From assembly GCA_963842525.1 (NCBI GenBank), contig CAWJGT010000004.1, positions 160,001 through 224,000 of the forward strand: a stretch of 64,000 bases of DNA, in the 5' to 3' direction. This document shows positions 58,161 through 64,000 of this stretch, piece after piece. Made by a program: the position numbers and the translations under genes. The notes under the pieces are model-generated. The model ran no database searches and had not been told where the DNA came from. It saw nothing but the letters and a program-made list of their open reading frames with translations. Within the stretch, counting starts at the first letter, position 1, and each line of letters starts with the position of its first letter. This DNA comes from an uncultured Holophagales bacterium. GTDB lineage: Bacteria; Acidobacteriota; Thermoanaerobaculia; Multivoradales; UBA5704.

Positions 58161-58763
58161 ATGCCTCCGAACCCCTGGCAACGCCTCCGCTACACGATCT
58201 GGGCTCCCCATTACGACCGGGTTACGAAGCTCCACCGCGAGCGCCGGCGATCGATCGAGCTGCTCGCTCCGCAACGCGGGGAGCGGCTGCTGATCGTCGG
58301 CTGCGGGACGGGGGCGGATATTCCGTTGATTCCGGAGGGGGTCGAGGTGCTGGCGATCGATCTGACGCCGGCGATGCTGCGGCAGGCCCGGGCGCACGCG
58401 CGGCCCGGCGTTGAATTCCGGGTGATGGACGGCCATGCCCTGGAGCTGCCGGACGGCTCCTACGACTGCGCCATCCTCCATATGGTCCTGGAGGTGATCC
58501 CGGAGCCGGCGCGCTGCCTGCGCGAGACCGCGCGGGTCCTGCGGCCGGGAGGACGCATCGCCGTCTTCGACAAGTTCCTGCCCGATGGGGCCCGGCCGGG
58601 GCCGCTCCAGCGCGCCGGCCTCGCGCTGCTCGACCTCGTCTACACGAGCACGAACCGGCGGATGGGGGAGATCCTGGAGGAATCCGGGGCGCCCCTCGAG
58701 GTCGCTTGCGACGAGCCCTCCGTCGGGTCCTACCGCCACCTGATCCTGCGCAAGGCGCGATAG
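58161..58763 (+). CDS. Class I SAM methyltransferase (PmtA-like)
   Basis: YTIWAPHYD, VGCGTG, RVLRPGG. Confidence 0.85.
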   Translation: MPPNPWQRLRYTIWAPHYDRVTKLHRERRRSIELLAPQRGERLLIVGCGTGADIPLIPEGVEVLAIDLTPAMLRQARAHARPGVEFRVMDGHALELPDGSYDCAILHMVLEVIPEPARCLRETARVLRPGGRIAVFDKFLPDGARPGPLQRAGLALLDLVYTSTNRRMGEILEESGAPLEVACDEPSVGSYRHLILRKAR

Positions 58764-58817
58764 ACTCTCCCGCGCGGAAGCGACGACGGGCGCCGCGGGC
58801 GCCGGGAGGGCACCATC

Positions 58818-59213
58818 ATGGAGGGTACGGGCCTGCGCGGGCCGGGTGGCACGCCGGGAGGTCTGGGACAGTTCCTCTTCGGGCTGGCCATGGCGGCCGC
58901 CGGCGGTTACATGCTCACCAGCCGGGTCTCGGTCACGAGCGGTTTCTGGCACTTCTGGGGCTACAACGCCTTCGGGCTCACCCTGGTGCCGTTCATCCTG
59001 GGGATCGTCCTCCTCTTCTTCAATGGCCGGTCGCTCGCGGGATGGCTGCTGCTGTTCGTCGGGGTCGTGCTGATCCTGGCCGGCGTGATCCTCAACCTCC
59101 AGATCTATTTCCAGCACACCAGCCTGTTCGAGCTGATCGTCATGCTGGTGCTTCTCTTCGGCGGCATCGGGCTGCTGGCCCGGTCTCTCAAGTCCCACGG
59201 AAGGACGGCATGA
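58818..59213 (+). CDS. Small 4-TM membrane protein
   Basis: GPGGTPGGLGQF N-terminus and four hydrophobic helices; 4-bp overlap with the next gene. Confidence 0.8.
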   Translation: MEGTGLRGPGGTPGGLGQFLFGLAMAAAGGYMLTSRVSVTSGFWHFWGYNAFGLTLVPFILGIVLLFFNGRSLAGWLLLFVGVVLILAGVILNLQIYFQHTSLFELIVMLVLLFGGIGLLARSLKSHGRTA

Positions 59214-60598
59214 ACCGGCGCACTTTTCTCAAGACCGTGACCCAGACCGCCGCGGTGGCCGCGGCGGCGCGCTATCTCCCGCAGCCGGCCGCGGCGGCGT
59301 CCGGCCGCCTCACGCTGGCGCTGTTGGGCGACTGCATCGTTTCCCGCCGCATCTCGGACCTGCGCGATCCGGATTTCCTCGCGGTCGTCGAGCTGCTGCG
59401 CGGCACCGACTGCGTCTGGGGCAACTGCGAGGTGGTCCTGGCCGATCCCGACGAAGTCCACCCCGCCCCGAAAGATATCGATCCCCACGCCATCTGCGAG
59501 CCCTGGGGCGCGGACGAGCTGGCTTGGATGGGCATCCGGTTCGTCGGCACGGCCAACAACCACATCATGGACTTCGGCAGCGAAGGGTTGGAGTCGACCC
59601 TGCGCAACCTGGAGCGGGTCGGCATCCGCCACGCCGGGTCCGGGGCCGACCTGGCGCAGGCGGCACGGCCGGCCTATTTCGATGGCCCAACGGGCCGGGT
59701 GGGCCAGGTCAACTGCGCCTCCACCTTCCCCCGGTTCTTCGCGGCCGGGCCGGACCACCCCTATCTCCAGGGCCGGCCGGGGCTCAACCCCCTACGCGTG
59801 GAGGAGATGGTCCAGGTCGAGCCGAAGCTGTTCGAGGAGCTCAAGAAGGTCCAGGCCGAGCTCGTACAACTGATGGGCTGGGGCGAGTTCAGCGACTTCC
59901 TGGAAGACCTGGATGCCGGCAAGCCGCAGAACACGACCCTGTTCTTCGAGACCATGGTCGCCTCGGGGCCGGAGACCGACATCCTGATGACCGCCGTCCC
60001 CGAGGACGTGGCGCGGATCACCGAGGCGATCCAGGTCGCCCGCAACGGCTCCCGCGTCGTGATCGCCTCGATCCACTCCCACGAGTCGCGGCGCAAGCTC
60101 GACCTCAATGCGCCGTTCCTGCAGCCGTTCGCGCGGGCCTGCATCGACGCGGGAGCGGATGTCTTCGTCAGCACCGGGCCCCATGTGCTGCGCGGCATCG
60201 AGATCTACAAGGGGAAGCCGATCTTCTACAGCCTGAGCAACTTCCTCTTCCAGTACGAGACCCTCCAGCCGATCCCCCCCGAGGCCCTCGCCGGCCTGGG
60301 CATGGACCCGCGGACGATCGACCCCTGGCTGTACTACAAGAAGATCCCCTACCACCGCAACAAGCGCTTCTGGCAGACCGTGGTTCCACGGCTGACCTAT
60401 GAGGGGGACGCCCTCGCCGCGGTCGAGCTCCACCCGGCCACGCTCGGCTTCGGGGAGCCGCAGTACGCGCGGGGCGTGCCGGTCCTGGCCCGCGGCGAGG
60501 AGGCGCGCGAGATCCTGGACGGGCTTGCCCGGCTCTCGCAGCCGTTCGGCACGGCGATCGAGGTGCAGGACGGGATCGGGAAGATCCGGCTCGGCTGA
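59210..60598 (+). CDS. Tat-exported CapA/PgsA-family metallophosphoesterase-fold protein
   Basis: NRRTFLK twin-Arg; GD, GNCE, ANNHIMDFG, SIHSHE, GPHVLRGIEIYKGKPIFYSLSNF. Confidence 0.9.
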   Translation: MNRRTFLKTVTQTAAVAAAARYLPQPAAAASGRLTLALLGDCIVSRRISDLRDPDFLAVVELLRGTDCVWGNCEVVLADPDEVHPAPKDIDPHAICEPWGADELAWMGIRFVGTANNHIMDFGSEGLESTLRNLERVGIRHAGSGADLAQAARPAYFDGPTGRVGQVNCASTFPRFFAAGPDHPYLQGRPGLNPLRVEEMVQVEPKLFEELKKVQAELVQLMGWGEFSDFLEDLDAGKPQNTTLFFETMVASGPETDILMTAVPEDVARITEAIQVARNGSRVVIASIHSHESRRKLDLNAPFLQPFARACIDAGADVFVSTGPHVLRGIEIYKGKPIFYSLSNFLFQYETLQPIPPEALAGLGMDPRTIDPWLYYKKIPYHRNKRFWQTVVPRLTYEGDALAAVELHPATLGFGEPQYARGVPVLARGEEAREILDGLARLSQPFGTAIEVQDGIGKIRLG

Positions 60599-60657
60599 GG
60601 CTGCTGCAGAGGATCAGAACCAGAGATGTCGGTCGAGGGTAGACATCCCCCGCCGAA

Positions 60658-60879
60658 TCAAAGCCCGTCGAGCTCCACGCTCGTCCAGTCCTCGTCCAAC
60701 GAAGAGGACTCGGCTTCCGCCCGATAACCGGCTTCCATCTCCCGAGCGAGGCTCTCCCGCTTGAGCTGCTCCAGCCTCTCCCGGATCGCCTCGCCGGCAA
60801 AGTCGCTGAACGCCCTCTCTCCCAGCATCGCCTTAATCTCCGTAAAGAGCTCGTCGGGTATCGAGATTGTGGTGCGCAT
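60658..60879 (-). CDS. Ribbon-helix-helix antitoxin-like protein (MazE/EndoAI-like)
   Basis: MRTTISIPDEL RHH strand; REMEAGYRAEA; acidic tail; SD GGAGGT. Confidence 0.8.
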   Translation of the reverse strand: MRTTISIPDELFTEIKAMLGERAFSDFAGEAIRERLEQLKRESLAREMEAGYRAEAESSSLDEDWTSVELDGL

Positions 60880-60889
60880 ACTGCACCTC

Positions 60890-60904
60890 CTACTGCATCA
60901 GTAG
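60890..60904. promoter_or_regulatory. Palindromic operator candidate for the RHH protein
   Basis: CTACTG-CAT-CAGTAG immediately upstream of the SD. Confidence 0.5.
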
Positions 60905-61007
60905 AATCATACGATGAAGCCTAGGGGCTGTAAAATCTCCGTCCTGGCTGGAGACAAGCCTAGCCATAGAATGGCGCCCGCGGCCGCGCGAGCGGACCGG
61001 AGGAGCC

Positions 61008-61200
61008 GTGACAGCGGTCGACGGCATCTCCTTCGACCTCCGGCGCGGCGAGATTCTTGGCCTGCTCGGCCCAACGGCGCCGGCAAGACCACGACGAGCC
61101 AGCGCCACGATCCAGCTCCTGATCGGCTGCCTCACCACACCCACCGCGGGAGAGGTCCGCATCTTTGGCCTCGACCTTGAAACGCATCGGCGCTGGGACC
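61008..61200 (+). pseudogene. Truncated ABC transporter ATP-binding gene
   Basis: AVDGISFDLRRGEILGLLGP, then GPNGAGKTT in a shifted frame, then PTAGEVRIFG. Homology stops at ~61195. Confidence 0.75.
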
Positions 61201-61264
61201 TAGATCTTGTAGGCCTAGACCCGTGGTCGGCTTGGACGAAACCCCGGGCTCTGGCCAAGGAAAG

Positions 61265-61465
61265 CTACTTCTTGCCGGTCCCTGATCCGTTGCGCGTACG
61301 ATCAACCAGCCGGTATGTACTGCCAGTGTTAGGGGTCGGGGGCAGAGTGGACCCTGCCGGTACGGTACGCTCTGGGCCGCGCCCTCCGCGCGGGCCTTCA
61401 ATCTGATACTGACCGGAGAACGGGGCTGGCTGCCCCGGGCGGAGGCCGGAAGTTGGCTTGGACAT
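61265..61465 (-). CDS. YjzC-like small protein
   Basis: PGQPAPFSGQY...GPRGG...TLPPTP...YRLVD; SD AAGGAG. Confidence 0.8.
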   Translation of the reverse strand: MSKPTSGLRPGQPAPFSGQYQIEGPRGGRGPERTVPAGSTLPPTPNTGSTYRLVDRTRNGSGTGKK

Positions 61466-61489
61466 GTGTTATCTCCTTGAATAACTGCG

Positions 61490-61684
61490 TTACCGATACG
61501 CTGCCTGCACGGTTAGGTCGTACACCGGAGCCGTAGCAGCATGGGCCTTGAGGAGCTGAATGGCATATAGGCAGCTTTGTTTGGTGGTGTACCCCTCGCC
61601 AACGGCCACAATCTCGCCATTGGGGGCCTTAAAGCGCCAACGGTACTCCTGGATACGGTCTTGGTAGATCTCGAACGAATACAT
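61490..61684 (-). CDS. DUF1508 (YegP-like) small protein
   Basis: FEIYQD...YRWRFKAPNGEIVAVGEGYTTKQSC; SD AAGGAG. Confidence 0.88.
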   Translation of the reverse strand: MYSFEIYQDRIQEYRWRFKAPNGEIVAVGEGYTTKQSCLYAIQLLKAHAATAPVYDLTVQAAYR

Positions 61685-61744
61685 GGCCTTTGACTCCTTT
61701 GGGCTGTCCCGCTTTGCCCGGGTTACACCACCTTACCGGTTAGC

Positions 61745-61817
61745 AGCACCGCTCTTGCAACTGCGGTGCTACACTCGAACTGGGAGGAGTATGCCAAAGA
61801 TCGAACTGGATTGCAAT
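61745..61817. promoter_or_regulatory. Control region between divergent genes, with palindromic operator candidates
   Basis: AGCACCGC-tcTTGCAAct-GCGGTGCT palindrome; ATTGCAAT; minus-strand TTGCAA-N17-CATACT; plus-strand extended -10 TGcTACACT; TCGAACTGG direct repeat. Confidence 0.6.
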
Positions 61818-61840
61818 AGTCAAATTGGAGGAGGTTAGCT

Positions 61841-62239
61841 ATGTCTCGGGGTACCTTTGATGCCGAGGCGTTCTACGCCGCACTCGATGCCGAACGGGGG
61901 TCTCGGAAGAAGACTTGGAAGCAGGTGGCGCGGGAGGCAGGAATCAGCGCGTCTACCCTGACCCGAATGGCCCAGGGCAAGCGCCCGGACGTGGACAGTC
62001 TTGCCGCACTGGTAAGTTGGTCAGGGCTGCGGTCAGACAACTACATGGCCCGTGCAAAAGGAGCCCCCGAGGCTCCTAACACACTGACCCAGATCGTTGG
62101 CTATCTTCGCGCTGATGCCCACCTGTCGCCCGAGGCGGCGGACGCTATTGAGCAGGTGCTCCGGGTCACGTACAATGTTTTGGTGAAAGGTGAACCGAGC
62201 GATGCCAAGAGCACTACTACGGAGGGGGTTCAAGACTGA
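61841..62239 (+). CDS. Xre-family HTH transcriptional regulator
   Basis: TWKQVAREAGISASTLTRMAQGKRPD; strong SD GGAGGAGG. Confidence 0.9.
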   Translation: MSRGTFDAEAFYAALDAERGSRKKTWKQVAREAGISASTLTRMAQGKRPDVDSLAALVSWSGLRSDNYMARAKGAPEAPNTLTQIVGYLRADAHLSPEAADAIEQVLRVTYNVLVKGEPSDAKSTTTEGVQD

Positions 62240-62810
62240 CGCCGAGGAGTACGCGTTGGAGTTCCGTGCTGAACTGGATCTAGAAGATGACGCACCGCTC
62301 TCCCCTCGGCGGCTCGCCGAACATCTAGCCATTCCGGTTTACCCCTTGAGCTTGCACCGGAAGAATATCCCGGAGGCAGTCAACTGCCTCTTCGGGATCG
62401 AACGGCATGCCTTCTCGGCAGCCACAGTTTTCGACGGTTGCCGTAGAGCGATCATCTATAACGACGGCAACAGCCCGAATCGCCAGACGAGCGATATTGC
62501 GCACGAGTTGGCACATGGAATCCTTGGACACCCGCTGTGTCCACTCCTTTCAGAGGAAGGATGCCGCAACTTTGATCCTGAGTTGGAAGCTGAGGCGGAC
62601 TGGCTTGGCCCCACTCTTTTGGTGTCAAGACCTGCTGCGCTGCGGATCGCGTGGCGGGGACTGACGGTACCGCAAGCAGCGTTGGAATACGAAGTAAGCG
62701 AAGCCGTTGTTCAAATGCGTCTCAACTTAACCGGCGCACTTCGAGTGGTCAATCGGACGCTGGCGCGACGATCGGACGCCCGATTCAGGCAGTCGGCCGG
62801 TCGTCGCTAA
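62202..62810 (+). CDS. ImmA/IrrE-family zinc metallopeptidase
   Basis: IIYND, RQTSDIAHELAH (HExxH), EAEAD; overlaps the HTH gene. Confidence 0.9.
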   Translation: MPRALLRRGFKTDAEEYALEFRAELDLEDDAPLSPRRLAEHLAIPVYPLSLHRKNIPEAVNCLFGIERHAFSAATVFDGCRRAIIYNDGNSPNRQTSDIAHELAHGILGHPLCPLLSEEGCRNFDPELEAEADWLGPTLLVSRPAALRIAWRGLTVPQAALEYEVSEAVVQMRLNLTGALRVVNRTLARRSDARFRQSAGRR

Positions 62811-62949
62811 CTGCCCTCTGCCTCAAGTCCTCGCTTCCTGCCAAACGGGCTGGTCGCTACAACTCTTTCACGTACTTCTCAAAGAGACGGAATACCGCGG
62901 CCACGGTCGCCGCAGCTTGCCCGCCTCCCATGCCCAGATCGTCGTCGGG

Positions 62950-63200
62950 TCAAGGCCGAGCCTCCGGCCAAGCTCCTGCTGGCTTATCCCCTGCCGCTGC
63001 CGTGTCCTCTTGATGCGCTCTCCCAAAGAGGCGGCCGGATTTGCCTCTACCGGGTCGTACCCGAGGAAGTCGATGATGGCGGGAAAGAAGCGTAGCTCCG
63101 GCTCGCTCCTTCCCCTCTCCCAGTTGCAGAGCGTCCCGTGCTTGCCCCGAGCCTTGGAGCCACGTCCCGCTGAAGCAGTCGAAGGTCAAACGAGGAGGCA
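62950..63200 (-). pseudogene. Decayed Xre-HTH gene
   Basis: LLQRDVAPRLGAST in one frame, followed by NWERGRSEPELRFFPAIIDFLGYDP in another. Confidence 0.55.
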
Positions 63201-63444
63201 GGGACTCTTTCCGAGATTGCCCTCGGGCTCAAGATCGGGATGCCCGGTCGTCTATCTCAAGGCCTGGGAATTCCTCCATGCCCAGCCCGCCTTCACCGCA
63301 GACTGGGCCTCTGCTCCGGAAGAGGCGGTGGAGATCGTTTTCCGGAGGATCGGTGCCGAGCCGGGCGCTCTCCTTGACCGGCCTCTCCGCTATCCCGCTC
63401 TGACTGATCAGACGGACCAACGGAGGACTCTCGAAGACTCTCTG

Positions 63445-63620
63445 GCAAGTCCTAACCAGCGAACAAGATCGGCCGGCTGGTGATCCGAGCCCGTCGTGTC
63501 ATCCTGAGCGCAGCGAAGGATCTGGGCGGTGGAAACGGCCGGAGTCCAAGACCAGAGCGGGCTCGCGGGCGGCCTCCTTCCCCCAGATCCTTCGCTTCCG
63601 CTCAGGATGACACGACGGGG
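63445..63620. repeat. Inverted, diverged partial copy of the 16408-16650 element
   Basis: Aligns by eye to the reverse complement of ~16465-16638, including both TGTCATCCTGAGC/GCTCAGGATGACA arms, the loop and the flank. Confidence 0.85.
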
Positions 63621-63623
63621 CCT

Positions 63624-64000
63624 CAGCGTAACGCTCCGCAAAACCAGCGTGAGCTCACGCTGGCGCAGCGTGTCGGGACGCTGGCTCAGCGTATGCTCCG
63701 CAAAACCAGCGTGAGGTCACGCTGGCGCAGCGTGTCGGGACACTGGTCCAGCGTACGCTCCGCAAACCCAGCGTGAGCTCACGCTGGCGCAGCGTGTCGG
63801 GACGCTGGCCCAGCGTACGCTCCGCAAAACCAGCGTGAGCTCACGCTGGCGCAGCGTGTCGGGACGCTGGCCCAGCGTACGCTCCGCAAAACCAGCGTGA
63901 GCTCACGCTGGCGCAGCGTGTCGGGACACTGGCCCAGCGTCCGCTCCGCAAAACCAGCGTGAGCTCACGCTGGCGCAGCGTGTCGGGACACTGGCCCAGC
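63624..64000. repeat. Tandem array of >=6 near-identical 62-bp units with a 20-bp perfect palindrome, running off the window
   Basis: Unit CAGCGTACGCTCCGCAAAACCAGCGTGAGCTCACGCTGGCGCAGCGTGTCGGGACGCTGGCC at 63624, 63687, 63749, 63811, 63873, 63935 and 63997. Confidence 0.95.

Noticed and set aside
60900-63620. Prophage or ICE
   Set aside because: No integrase, att site, structural or conjugation genes are in the window. Only regulator/protease genes and remnants are present.
63624-64000. CRISPR array
   Set aside because: Units are identical end to end with no unique spacers, and no cas genes are in the window.

Overview
This is a high-GC (~70%) bacterial chromosomal window. Its gene content resembles Acidobacteriota, probably Thermoanaerobaculia (my inference, not a search result). 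Housekeeping and envelope genes include an EF-G paralog, efp, a site-2 protease, an M16 peptidase pair, FKBP, M23/S9/M1 peptidases, several GT-C-type membrane glycosyltransferases, and a sigma54 two-component operon with a consensus -24/-12 promoter. Accessory islets sit between them and repeatedly carry predicted NAD+-consuming domains: (i) a tandem pair of stand-alone TIR genes, one with the catalytic Glu and one with Asp; (ii) a TIR-unknown-CBS fusion; (iii) an atypical RES/Xre-like pair; (iv) a SIR2-P-loop NTPase-TPR (STAND/Avs-like) protein directly downstream of an apparently catalytically dead radical-SAM/SPASM homologue with a structured leader. An HTH + IrrE/ImmA-type protease switch faces divergent DUF1508 and YjzC-like small genes. 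Non-coding DNA holds a 243-bp MITE with terminal inverted repeats and a TCA duplication, several REP-like families, and two tandem arrays of palindromic units (19-bp and 62-bp periods). Many genes, including efp, carry single frameshifts, most likely long-read assembly indels. No rRNA, tRNA or CRISPR array was seen. All calls come from motif recognition by eye.
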